Assembly (NCBI GenBank): GCA_004556925.1 | Contig: SFFI01000009.1 | Location: forward strand, 11,332-75,331 | DNA: 64,000 nt | Reading direction: 5' to 3' | Source: Clostridiales bacterium | Lineage (GTDB): Bacteria; Bacillota; Clostridia; Saccharofermentanales; DTU023 | Part shown: piece by piece, positions 8,809 through 18,085 of the stretch | How the letters are laid out: every line of letters starts with the position of its first letter | Numbering within the stretch: the first letter of the stretch is position 1 | Position numbers and translations under genes: made by a program | The notes under the pieces: generated by a model | Seen by the model: the letters and a program-made list of their open reading frames with translations, nothing else | Told to the model about the DNA's origin: nothing | Databases searched by the model: none

Positions 8809-9171
8809 ATGCCAATGTCTAAGCAAGATAAACTAAAAATGTTGACGGGTATAGATGATGACGATTTGCTCTCATATGCCTTAGATCAAGCTGAAGGCCG
8901 GCTGCTCACCCTCCTTAACAACCGAGCTGAGCATTATGGCCTAAAGACCTACGACAGTGTACCTGGCAAATTAGGCTTTATTACGTTAGAAGTTGCCGTG
9001 AAGAGAATTAGAAGGCTGGGATCAGAGGGTTTAGCGGGTGAGTCTGTAGAAGGGCATAGGCGAGACTTCCAGGTAGCAACGCATGACTTTGATGAGTTTT
9101 TACCGGAAATTAACGATTTCTTGGCTGGCGTTATACCGTACAAAGAAGCAGGGGGGCTATTCATATGGTAG
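8809..9171 (+). CDS. Head-tail connector (gp6-like) protein
   Basis: Size, position and the N-terminal DDDLLSYALDQAEGRL pattern typical of gp6-like connectors. Confidence 0.55.
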   Translation: MPMSKQDKLKMLTGIDDDDLLSYALDQAEGRLLTLLNNRAEHYGLKTYDSVPGKLGFITLEVAVKRIRRLGSEGLAGESVEGHRRDFQVATHDFDEFLPEINDFLAGVIPYKEAGGLFIW

Positions 9172-9494
9172 CTTTTCATTCGGTGTTCTTTAACATTGAT
9201 GACGGTGAACTAAAGTACAATCCCGCTACAGGCAAGTATGATAAGCCGTCAAGCACTCAAATTGAAAAAAACTGTTATATATATGATCTTGCCTCTAGTC
9301 GAAAACTAGAGCTGTATGGGCGTATAAATGTACGCGGCCTGGTGATTTATCACATGGGAAACTTAGTTCCTGATGCGGTTACTGTCGAGATTAAAGCAGG
9401 GCTGTTTAAGGGTAGGTTTTACATAAACGATAGACGGCAGGTAATGCAGAAAGCAACATATGTGGTTAGCGAGGTGAAGCTTGATGGACGTTGA
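9165..9494 (+). CDS. Head closure / head-tail adaptor protein
   Basis: 109 aa. Assigned by position in the connector module, with overlapping starts and stops. Confidence 0.45.
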   Translation: MVAFHSVFFNIDDGELKYNPATGKYDKPSSTQIEKNCYIYDLASSRKLELYGRINVRGLVIYHMGNLVPDAVTVEIKAGLFKGRFYINDRRQVMQKATYVVSEVKLDGR

Positions 9495-9837
9495 AGTTAA
9501 GTTTGACAAAAAAGGCCTTGACGAACTTGCAAAGGCCCTGGACAGCGATAAACTCCACAAACAAGCTGAGAGAATTATTGCCTATCATACTGCAGATCTG
9601 CACACGCGGTCACAACGTAAAGTACCAGTGCGGACCGGTCACCTTAAACGTTCTGGAATCGCAAAAACAGACCTTGAAAGGCTAGAGGGCAGAGTTAAGT
9701 ACTCTGCTGATTATGCTGGTTATGTTGAAAAAGGTACTCGATACATGGATGCGCAGCCTTATCTTGAACCGGCACTTAACGAAGTTAAGCCGGCTCTAGT
9801 GGCAGATATGAAGAAGCTTAACGAGCTAGGAGGGTGA
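9481..9837 (+). CDS. HK97 gp10-family neck/tail protein
   Basis: VPVRTGHLKRS...YAGYVEKGTRYMDAQPYLEPAL is the HK97 gp10-like signature. Confidence 0.7.
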   Translation: MMDVEVKFDKKGLDELAKALDSDKLHKQAERIIAYHTADLHTRSQRKVPVRTGHLKRSGIAKTDLERLEGRVKYSADYAGYVEKGTRYMDAQPYLEPALNEVKPALVADMKKLNELGG

Positions 9838-9838
9838 T

Positions 9839-10246
9839 ATGCAGAGCAACTCTCCCGAGCAGGAACTTTATGATGCAATCTATGCTGAAATTGAAAGCCT
9901 GGCACTGCAAGAGCCGGGTTTTGCCATTTATACCCATAGCCCTTCGTCGCAAGCCCCCTATCCTTTTGTAAGGCTAGGGATGACCCAATTATTTCCGATC
10001 GCTACTAAAACGGCCCTTCTGGCTGACATGTATCAAAACATCAGCGTATGGGGAAGCAAGTGGGATAGGGGGAAAGTTTCCGCTATAGCTGCATCTATTT
10101 TGGAAAAACTTTCAAGGATTAAGCGGACAGAATCGTTCGCTATTGAGATGAACGTGGCAAGAAGCACTTATCTTGTCCGACCTGACCAATCAACACAAGA
10201 CGACCTATGGGTCGCAGAAGTATCAACTGAATGGGTACTTAGATAG
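9839..10246 (+). CDS. Tail completion / tail terminator protein
   Basis: 135 aa, between the gp10-like protein and the major tail protein. Confidence 0.45.
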   Translation: MQSNSPEQELYDAIYAEIESLALQEPGFAIYTHSPSSQAPYPFVRLGMTQLFPIATKTALLADMYQNISVWGSKWDRGKVSAIAASILEKLSRIKRTESFAIEMNVARSTYLVRPDQSTQDDLWVAEVSTEWVLR

Positions 10247-10255
10247 GAGAATATT

Positions 10256-10771
10256 ATGCCTAAGAATTTAGCAGAGTTAGCCCAACGGGGCAAAGACCAT
10301 ATCTTAATGGTGAGGCTTTTAGAAGAAGCTACAAAGAAGCAAGCCGCAAGGCTTGCACTCCAAATCGAACACTCTTGGAGCTATAGTCGCTCGAACACGG
10401 CTACAGAGACCAAGGACGGGACAATCAATGCCCCTGGTGGACTTGCTACGACACTTAATCTGACCGCTATTAGCACAAATGACGACGTAAACAAAATGTT
10501 GAAGCAAAGCGTCATCGAAGGCAAGAAAGTTGAGTTTTGGGACATAGATCTTTCAAGCTACGATGAATCTACGAAGAAGTGTAAAGCTGTTTATGCCCAG
10601 GGCTCCTTGGAAAGCTGGGAGATCCCAAAACCTGTAGCGGATTACATCAACATTTCTACTACAGCCAATATCGACGGAACGCCTCAAGAAGGCGAAGTCA
10701 CGCTTGATCCGACGCAAGTTGACCAGATTTTGTATGCCTTCCGAGACATCACAGCCTATACCGAGGCATAG
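10256..10771 (+). CDS. Major tail protein
   Basis: 171 aa, immediately upstream of the chaperone pair and tape measure. Confidence 0.6.
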   Translation: MPKNLAELAQRGKDHILMVRLLEEATKKQAARLALQIEHSWSYSRSNTATETKDGTINAPGGLATTLNLTAISTNDDVNKMLKQSVIEGKKVEFWDIDLSSYDESTKKCKAVYAQGSLESWEIPKPVADYINISTTANIDGTPQEGEVTLDPTQVDQILYAFRDITAYTEA

Positions 10772-10830
10772 CATCTTTGATTACCGGCGTGGGGATATCC
10801 CCACGCTCTCTTTAATTTTTAGGAGTTATT

Positions 10831-11274
10831 ATGCAAATTCAAATTGCTAAAAAGAAGTATGAGCTCTACTTGGGCTTTGATTTTATCCGTTATCTGGACA
10901 AGCAGCACGAACTTGATACGGGATTAGGTATTGCTTTTGGCGTAGGTGTTGGGCAAGTAATGGCTCAACTAGAAGCAGGTAATCCCCTGGGCATCCTGAG
11001 TGTAATTGAGGCCGGTACCTGCACGCTTCCAGACGAAGAGCGCCCTACTGAAAAAGATGTAGAGAAATTAATCGAGGAAACCAGTAAAAAGGGGGAGTTA
11101 GACAAACTTTTTTTCGATTTCAAGGAGCTCTTAAAGACCTCCCCAATGACGACGCAGGCCCTGACTGGTTATCAGTCAATTCTGGACACTTTTCAGCAAC
11201 TAGTGACGATTGGGATGCAGGAGCTGAAAAAGGAGCAGACGGAGAACCAAGCGCCTATACCTACCGGAAGCTAA
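10831..11274 (+). CDS. Tail assembly chaperone (gpG-like)
   Basis: Position before the tape measure. The downstream ORF lies in the -1 frame. Confidence 0.6.
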   Translation: MQIQIAKKKYELYLGFDFIRYLDKQHELDTGLGIAFGVGVGQVMAQLEAGNPLGILSVIEAGTCTLPDEERPTEKDVEKLIEETSKKGELDKLFFDFKELLKTSPMTTQALTGYQSILDTFQQLVTIGMQELKKEQTENQAPIPTGS

Positions 11275-11612
11275 TGATTAACGGCCTACGCTACATCACT
11301 GATGACCTGTTGCTCTTAAGACGCATGGGCATTAAAGAGTACAACTTAAGAATGCAGGCAGCGGTGCTAAAACAGGCTGATAAGCAAGAACTGATGGCCC
11401 AGGCAATGATATTCAAACGCATTGCAGAGTCCACAAAAAAAGTAGGCGATACCTATGTTTATACCGCTACAAATCCTACGGATATCTTCGATAAGAGCCA
11501 GATCGAGCGGTCTATTTTTGGTGCTGACCGAAGGGAAACGCTTCAATGGCACAGGCTAATCAATGTAGCACAACGAAATTTGGAATGGCAGGAAAAACAT
11601 GAGGAGGCTTAA
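11274..11612 (+). CDS. Tail assembly chaperone, gpT-like part (own ATG; may also be made as a G-T fusion by -1 frameshift)
   Basis: In the -1 frame relative to 10831..11274. That frame is open from 11088. Lys-Lys slippery motifs occur at 11085-11091 and 11226-11232. Confidence 0.5.
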   Translation: MINGLRYITDDLLLLRRMGIKEYNLRMQAAVLKQADKQELMAQAMIFKRIAESTKKVGDTYVYTATNPTDIFDKSQIERSIFGADRRETLQWHRLINVAQRNLEWQEKHEEA

Positions 11613-14600
11613 ATGGCAGATAACAGTTACACAATAGAAGCCGTCTTAAAGGCAAGAGATGCTGGTTATTTTGCCGCTATGGATCAGGCCGCAAATAAGA
11701 CTAGTACCCTTAAAGAAACTATGCTTGGCATGGCTGGCGCTCAGCTCGCTATGAAGGGTGTTGCAAAGACCTGGAACCTAATTTCCTCTTCTGTTGGCAG
11801 CGCTATGAATCGTATTGATACCATGGACCAATTCAATCGTACCATGGAGCTTATGACAGGTAGTACCGACACAGCAGCGGAGGCTCTGGATAGGGTGAAT
11901 ACGGCGGTCAAAGGTACAGCCTATGGCCTAGACGTCGCATCTTCTGCTGTTCAAGGCTTTGTATCCTCTGGTAAAGATGTAAACGAATCCATAGACACCG
12001 TAGTCAACTGGGGCGATGCCCTGGCCACGTTTGGACAAGCGAGCAATGAAAATCTTAACAGCGTTTCAGTTGCTTTGCAGAAAATGAGCAACTCTGGAAA
12101 AGTTAGCATGGAAAATATTCGCATGCTGACTGATAGAGGCATTCCTGCTCTGGAGATTTTCGCAGATGCTACGGGACAAACTGTTTCTGAAGTTACAGGA
12201 GCAATGAGTAAAGGCGAGCTTAGCACGCAAGAATTTCTTGATGCTATGAATCGCGCTTTTACTGAAGGCACTGAGCGTTTCCCAGCAGTAGTAGGAGCGG
12301 CTAAAGAAGCTGGCGCCTCCTGGTCTGCAACTTTCGGCAATATGAGAGCTGCGGTTACTCGTGGCGTGCAGTCTATCATCACCTCTATTGAGGATGGCAG
12401 AGCAAAATCTGACCTACCCGGTATGAAAAATGCCGTTTCGACTTTTGGCAAGAGTGTTGAGAAAGTGCTAAAAACTGTTGCTAAGGCTACAGGTTTTGTG
12501 GCTGAACACTTTGAAGCGTTTGCCTCCGTTGCAGAAGTTGCTTTAGCTGGAGTTGCTGCGCATAGAGGTTGGGAAGCGATTCGATCTAAACTTGCTGAGA
12601 AGAAAACGGCCGCTATGGCTGCGCAGGAAGCTTTTGCAACCCTCGCAGGGGAAGAAGAAGGCCTGTTATCAATATCAGACTTGTACTCTAACGCTCTTGC
12701 AGATGAAGCGGCTGCAGAGAAAATGCGGACAGCTGCCCTATCCTTGGGCCTTGTAGTGGACAAGGAAGGAAACATTATTAAGCGTAATGGCAAGGAGCTG
12801 TCTGAGAATCAAAAAGCAGCGCTCTTGGCAGAGACGGGGGCCATTACCGCTAAAACCCTAGCCAATGCGGTGCTTACAGGACAGATTAAGCTTACAACGG
12901 CGGCTCAATTGCTCTGGAATAACGCTATCAAAGCAAACCCAATAGGTGTTATTGTCACTGGCATTACTGCGGCAGTCAAAGGGCTGAAAGCGTTAACTAA
13001 TTGGATGAACAAGTCTAATAAAGAGCTTCAACAAGCTAAAAAAGATGCTGACGCCCAAGCCAAAGCGTTAGAAGACTTGAATGCCAAAGAAACCAAACTA
13101 AAACAGGCTTTTGAGCGTACAAACAAAGAGTTAGACCAACGCAAGGGGAAGGCTGATAAAATCATCAGCTCTATGAAGGACTTGGAGAAGTCTACAGATG
13201 ATAATGTCCGAAAAACTGAGGATATGGTCGATCTGGTATACGAACTTAAAGACATATATCCTGACTTAGTTGTTGCCATTGGCCCGTATGACGAAATTTT
13301 GAAAGATAACGTTGAAAGCATCGAACGTCAAGTTGAGGCCATGGATCAGCTGAGCAGAATTGATGCTTGGAAAAAGCACACTGAAGACCTGCAGGCATAT
13401 CGCGACCAGATGGAAATTGAAATGGCAATTGCAGAAGAGATGATTGCCAGGATGGAGGAAGCGGGCACCAACCAGGAAAATAAATTTCTTTGGTTTAGAG
13501 GTGATACCAAAGAATACTCTGATCTCAAGCAGCAACTAGAAGAAATGTCCGAGATTTATGAAAGGACAAGTGAAGCCGCAGACATAGCCAAAGAGAAAAC
13601 AGCTGAGTTTAACGAGGAGCAAATAAGAAATGCCTTGTCTGCAGAGCAGTCTAGGCAGGCTCTACTAGACCTTACTTCTGCTTATGGTCTAAGTAAAGAT
13701 GCAGCCCAGGCGATCATTGATTATAACGAACGAATGGGACTGAGCTGGGATGAAAATGCCCATGCCATTGTAGAGATGGCAGATACGATGGGTATTGGCG
13801 CAGAACGAGTTGTAACTATTATGGAGAACCTCGGCTTGAGCGCTGATCAATTATCTGAGCATTACGATAAGGTCTACGAACACGTTAGTGGTGTGGTTGA
13901 TGCAATAGTTAAGGCTGCTGACGCTGGTTTTGGAGAAATAAAACAGAACGAGGCCTTAACGTGGGAAGAGATCGAGCAAAACCTTGAGAGCAACAGGCAA
14001 GCCATCGAGACTTGGAGCGAAAATCTCCAAACCTTAATGGCGGCCGGTGTTGACGAAGGCGTTATTGCTAAACTAAAAGAAATGGGCCCCGCTGGCGCCG
14101 AGCAAACCCGAGTCTTAGCAGAAGAGCTGGAAAACGCAAATGGTACGGTCATCAAGAAAGGCGAAAAGATCAGCGATGATGCCCAAGCAATTGTAGACAC
14201 CGTAAATGGCAAGTTTAAGGATCTGTATGAAACGATTGCGGAAGCCTCTGAAACCGAACTGGCTGCTGAAAAATATATTGAACAAGGTAAGAAACCGATT
14301 GAAGGTATTGTACAAGGCCTATCTACAGCTATCGTTGAGAACGAAGCGAACCTGAAATCCAGTGGTGAGCAAATGATGGAGTATGTGGGCGCTGGTGCTG
14401 GGGGTGGCGGAGCTCCTGTAATACAAGCCTTTGAGGATACAGGGGAAGAAGTCCTAAAAACTGTCGACAGTACGGGGAAAGACTTAGAAAAGAGTGCAAA
14501 AAATTCCGCCAAAAACGTTAATAACAAGATTGACGAGGGCGGTCGAGAACTAACCAGATCAATTTCTGAAACTTCGAATGCCACACTTAAGGAAACCGAA

Positions 14601-15119
14601 AGCTTAGTGCGACGCCTAAATGAGGCCTTTGCTAATCTCCCTGCTGAACTGCGTACTGCAGGTCAAAATTCTATTCAGGGGCTTATTGACGGAATTAATT
14701 CAATGACGGGGCCTACGGTCGGTGCAATGATTAGCCTGGCCCAAAGGATGCTAGCGGCATACAAACGTGAAATGCAGATTAACTCGCCTTCTAGAGTCAT
14801 GGATAAGCAAGGTGAGTACACAGTAAGTCCTTTACTTGACCGGCTAAGAAAAGGGGCCAAAGAAGCAGCAGATATCACAAAGCAAATTGCTCACAACTTG
14901 AACTTCTCGAGTAATCCTGACTTTGGTGTGACAGCTGTAGCCTTACCAGAGGCTTATAAAGCTGGCCGAGATCAGAACTTGAGAACAGCCACATCGAATC
15001 ATGCCCAGCCTGCACGAATCATACTGCAACTAGGAGACTCTGAATTTAGTGCGTTTGCAGAGGACATTTTCGGCGAATACGACAAGAAACTACGTTTGGA
15101 GGCCAACTATGAATTATAA
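11613..15119 (+). CDS. Tape measure protein
   Basis: 1168 aa, Ala/Glu-rich coiled coil, with the N-terminal TMP-type region (GTAYGLDVASSAVQGF...). Canonical position. Confidence 0.9.
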   Translation: MADNSYTIEAVLKARDAGYFAAMDQAANKTSTLKETMLGMAGAQLAMKGVAKTWNLISSSVGSAMNRIDTMDQFNRTMELMTGSTDTAAEALDRVNTAVKGTAYGLDVASSAVQGFVSSGKDVNESIDTVVNWGDALATFGQASNENLNSVSVALQKMSNSGKVSMENIRMLTDRGIPALEIFADATGQTVSEVTGAMSKGELSTQEFLDAMNRAFTEGTERFPAVVGAAKEAGASWSATFGNMRAAVTRGVQSIITSIEDGRAKSDLPGMKNAVSTFGKSVEKVLKTVAKATGFVAEHFEAFASVAEVALAGVAAHRGWEAIRSKLAEKKTAAMAAQEAFATLAGEEEGLLSISDLYSNALADEAAAEKMRTAALSLGLVVDKEGNIIKRNGKELSENQKAALLAETGAITAKTLANAVLTGQIKLTTAAQLLWNNAIKANPIGVIVTGITAAVKGLKALTNWMNKSNKELQQAKKDADAQAKALEDLNAKETKLKQAFERTNKELDQRKGKADKIISSMKDLEKSTDDNVRKTEDMVDLVYELKDIYPDLVVAIGPYDEILKDNVESIERQVEAMDQLSRIDAWKKHTEDLQAYRDQMEIEMAIAEEMIARMEEAGTNQENKFLWFRGDTKEYSDLKQQLEEMSEIYERTSEAADIAKEKTAEFNEEQIRNALSAEQSRQALLDLTSAYGLSKDAAQAIIDYNERMGLSWDENAHAIVEMADTMGIGAERVVTIMENLGLSADQLSEHYDKVYEHVSGVVDAIVKAADAGFGEIKQNEALTWEEIEQNLESNRQAIETWSENLQTLMAAGVDEGVIAKLKEMGPAGAEQTRVLAEELENANGTVIKKGEKISDDAQAIVDTVNGKFKDLYETIAEASETELAAEKYIEQGKKPIEGIVQGLSTAIVENEANLKSSGEQMMEYVGAGAGGGGAPVIQAFEDTGEEVLKTVDSTGKDLEKSAKNSAKNVNNKIDEGGRELTRSISETSNATLKETESLVRRLNEAFANLPAELRTAGQNSIQGLIDGINSMTGPTVGAMISLAQRMLAAYKREMQINSPSRVMDKQGEYTVSPLLDRLRKGAKEAADITKQIAHNLNFSSNPDFGVTAVALPEAYKAGRDQNLRTATSNHAQPARIILQLGDSEFSAFAEDIFGEYDKKLRLEANYEL

Positions 15120-15885
15120 ATTCGTGGACCTAGACCAGCCTCCGCAGGATGTTTTTGCGTTTGCCAGCAAGTACGGCGATATAGTCCTAGATGAAATTGA
15201 TGGTGTCGAGACGTTGTCCGTGCTTGGTCGTGGCAATGCTGTTAGAAGCTTTAGCGTTATCTCTAACCCTGAGTCAGAAGAGGACTTTTTACTATCCAGC
15301 AAGTACGCTTGCCCTACTCTTAAGGTCAACTATCGGTTGACGGCAAAGGATGACTATCACATGCGGAAGCTTGTAGATAAGCTAAACAAAACTTTTAGCC
15401 GAGACAAGCAAAGACTGCGGTTTTACGACGAAGCGTATTATTACGTTGCTAGCCTGGCTAGCCTCGAATTTAACGAGCTATCCAATTGCGTTATCGCTAC
15501 TGCAGAGTTTAAGACTTTTACGCCTTACAAGTACAAAGACATAATCAATGACGGGCAAGTGTTTAGATATGAAAGCACTATGCCCGCTATACCTGATGAG
15601 GTCGTTTGTACCGTTTTACCAGGCGAGGCAGAAGTCACAAGTTTTTATTTTAAGAACGAAGACAGCGAGCAAAAGATGGTTTTTACGCACAAGGTCAAAG
15701 GCGGTGATGTCATTGTCTGGCAACCTTGTGATTATTTTGGCCTTACGCTCAATGGCGAAAACGTCATGCGAGATGTTGTGCCTAGCGCGGAGTTTGAACG
15801 CTTTGAATTAAGGTTTTTAGACAGGATCGTTTGTCCGCTTAAAGTTGACATGAGGATAAAAGCCACGCTTAGGGAGTTGGGGTGA
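15109..15885 (+). CDS. Distal tail protein (Dit)
   Basis: ATG at 15109 with SD ggagg. Follows the tape measure. About 258 aa, typical of siphophage Dit. Confidence 0.65.
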   Translation: MNYKFVDLDQPPQDVFAFASKYGDIVLDEIDGVETLSVLGRGNAVRSFSVISNPESEEDFLLSSKYACPTLKVNYRLTAKDDYHMRKLVDKLNKTFSRDKQRLRFYDEAYYYVASLASLEFNELSNCVIATAEFKTFTPYKYKDIINDGQVFRYESTMPAIPDEVVCTVLPGEAEVTSFYFKNEDSEQKMVFTHKVKGGDVIVWQPCDYFGLTLNGENVMRDVVPSAEFERFELRFLDRIVCPLKVDMRIKATLRELG

Positions 15886-15889
15886 TGCT

Positions 15890-17863
15890 ATGATCTATTT
15901 ATACGATAATAGTTTGCGGCTCACCAAAACCATAGATGAGAAGTCGCTAGTATCAGCACATGTTATAGACGAGATCAACCTGATCACTTTTACGGCAGAG
16001 GCCCTGGATGAAAAAGTATTCGCCGGGGCCTTTTACGTTGGCGTATATCACCCAGACGAGCCGGACAATTACTTGATTTTTAAGCTTGTACGCCTGCAGG
16101 TTGACACCACCAGAGTTGTTTTAGGCGTGCACGTGTTTTACGACGACCTGAAAGGCCGATATGTAAAAGACATAAGACAGCAAGGGAAGCCCGTATCCAC
16201 AGCGTTAGCTATGTACCTAGACGGCACTGGCTGGGAGATAGGCACGTACTCTAGTACCAAGACTACAGAGCAAAACGCCTACTATGTCTCAAGTCTTGAG
16301 GCTGTATCAAAGCTGATAGAAGAGACTGGAGTTATCATCCGCCCGGTTATCCGCATGGTAAACGGAAAGATCATTAGCAAGACCGTAAGGGTTAGCGATA
16401 CGATCGGAACATTTAGCGGGCGCAGGTTTAGGCATGGCGTGGACGGTGTACAAGTTACCTACGCAGAAGAGAGCACAGAGCTATACACGGCGCTAGTAGG
16501 TCGTGGAGCCGGTATCCAAAAGGTAGACGAGGAAACGGGCGAATGGTCCGGGGGCTACACCCGCCGAATTATGTTTACGGACGAGGTTTGGCGAAAGCCA
16601 GGTAAGCCTGTAAGCAAGCCTGCCGGGCAAGCATGGGTGGAGATGCCGGAGCGTACTGCTTTGTACGGCTATCCTAACGGAACACCAAGAATCGGGATCC
16701 TTACCCTAGATAAGGTGGAAGATCCAGCTGTTTTGCTACAAAAGACATACGAAGAGCTAGAGCGCGTATCACGCCCAAAGCTAACTTTTAGAGTATCAAG
16801 AGCTAATGCGGAAGGCGTAAAGCTTGGGGATGAAGTTGTAGCTATCAGAGATAAGCTCAGCTTTAGAACAACCATCTTTATGGCCAAGCACAATCTGAAA
16901 AACTGGGAGCTTACCGAGTTTGAGTTTGGCGACAAAGTCGTATCTGCTATCAGTAGCCAGGTAAAAAAGATCAATAGCACGATCGCCGAAAACGAGGCCC
17001 GAAACTTGTCGATCATGGCAAAGATGCAGTATCAGCTTGACTCCTACTATTGGGGTGAAGATGGATACAACTACGACATTAAGCCGGACAACAAGTATGA
17101 ATTGCCAGCAGGATATTACAGCTTTAACAAGCCGATAGACAAAGACCCTACAAAGGTTATCTATATCGGAGCCGGGAAAATGCTCATATCTAACACTAAG
17201 GATGCCTCCGGCAAGTGGATATGGAAAACAGCGGCAACCGGCGATGGTTTCTTAGCTGAAAACATGTTTGCGGACTATATCCGAGGGAATCTTATCCGTG
17301 GAAGCGTCATAGAATCAACAGCCATTAAAAATGGCTCTCCTGTTAGTTTCTGGAACCTAGATACTGGGCGCTTCCGCACAGAAAATGGCGAATTTTACGG
17401 AAGTTTATACGTAGACAGCAAAAAATACGGCTACCAGCGCTACAACGTAGGCGCATGGCTAGACCAGCTACAAGACCTGATCACAAAGGTAGACCGACAG
17501 CAAGACACTTTAGAGCGGAGCCAGTCAGACATCCGCACTATCGCAGAGCAAGCCAGGAACGCGGCTAATACAGCCAATACCGCTCTAAGCGAGGTGCGCC
17601 AGCTGGCCGACTCGGCAAGGCTCCGGGCGGACACGGCCTACGATACGGCTGGCAATGCATGGACAGCCGCTGGCTCAGCGCAACAGACAGCAGACGAGGC
17701 GCTGCGTAATACTCGCAACGTCCTGTCAATGTTTGGTAGTAGTTTTAACGCAAACGGGTACCCGTCAGGGGGGATAACCCGGATCCAGGTAGTCAACGTC
17801 TCCGGTAGAGTCGCGCTGGAAGTCTTTAGTCAGTACGGCGTACACCACGTCTACCTTAACTAG
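15890..17863 (+). CDS. Tail-associated protein (Tal / prophage tail endopeptidase-family)
   Basis: 657 aa, after Dit. C-terminal Ala/Asn/Thr coiled coil. Confidence 0.7.
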   Translation: MIYLYDNSLRLTKTIDEKSLVSAHVIDEINLITFTAEALDEKVFAGAFYVGVYHPDEPDNYLIFKLVRLQVDTTRVVLGVHVFYDDLKGRYVKDIRQQGKPVSTALAMYLDGTGWEIGTYSSTKTTEQNAYYVSSLEAVSKLIEETGVIIRPVIRMVNGKIISKTVRVSDTIGTFSGRRFRHGVDGVQVTYAEESTELYTALVGRGAGIQKVDEETGEWSGGYTRRIMFTDEVWRKPGKPVSKPAGQAWVEMPERTALYGYPNGTPRIGILTLDKVEDPAVLLQKTYEELERVSRPKLTFRVSRANAEGVKLGDEVVAIRDKLSFRTTIFMAKHNLKNWELTEFEFGDKVVSAISSQVKKINSTIAENEARNLSIMAKMQYQLDSYYWGEDGYNYDIKPDNKYELPAGYYSFNKPIDKDPTKVIYIGAGKMLISNTKDASGKWIWKTAATGDGFLAENMFADYIRGNLIRGSVIESTAIKNGSPVSFWNLDTGRFRTENGEFYGSLYVDSKKYGYQRYNVGAWLDQLQDLITKVDRQQDTLERSQSDIRTIAEQARNAANTANTALSEVRQLADSARLRADTAYDTAGNAWTAAGSAQQTADEALRNTRNVLSMFGSSFNANGYPSGGITRIQVVNVSGRVALEVFSQYGVHHVYLN

Positions 17864-17872
17864 GAGGGCGGT

Positions 17873-18085
17873 ATGGATCAAAACAACTTTGACATTCTGG
17901 CCCAGCGCGTGGGCGCACTGGTCCTGGAAAATTGCATGCTAATCGCCCAGCTCCAGGACTTACAGCAGGGCGTAAATACCGAGGCGCTTGTAAAGCAAAA
18001 TCGCGAGCAAGCTGGCCGCATAAAAGAGCTAGAGGACACCTTGGCCCAGCTTAGAGATGAGGAGGCAAAAAAGGATGGACGATAA
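17873..18085 (+). CDS. Small coiled-coil protein
   Basis: 70 aa with SD ggaggg. Overlaps the start of the next gene. Confidence 0.4.
   Translation: MDQNNFDILAQRVGALVLENCMLIAQLQDLQQGVNTEALVKQNREQAGRIKELEDTLAQLRDEEAKKDGR

Noticed and set aside
11951-14584. Long antisense ORFs inside the tape measure gene (11951..12793, 13874..14584 and several 60-100 aa ORFs)
   Set aside because: They are antisense to a 1168-aa ORF with a clear TMP character. Their products are Ala/Ser/Pro-rich nonsense typical of the reverse frame of Ala/Glu-rich coding sequence, and none has a start context.
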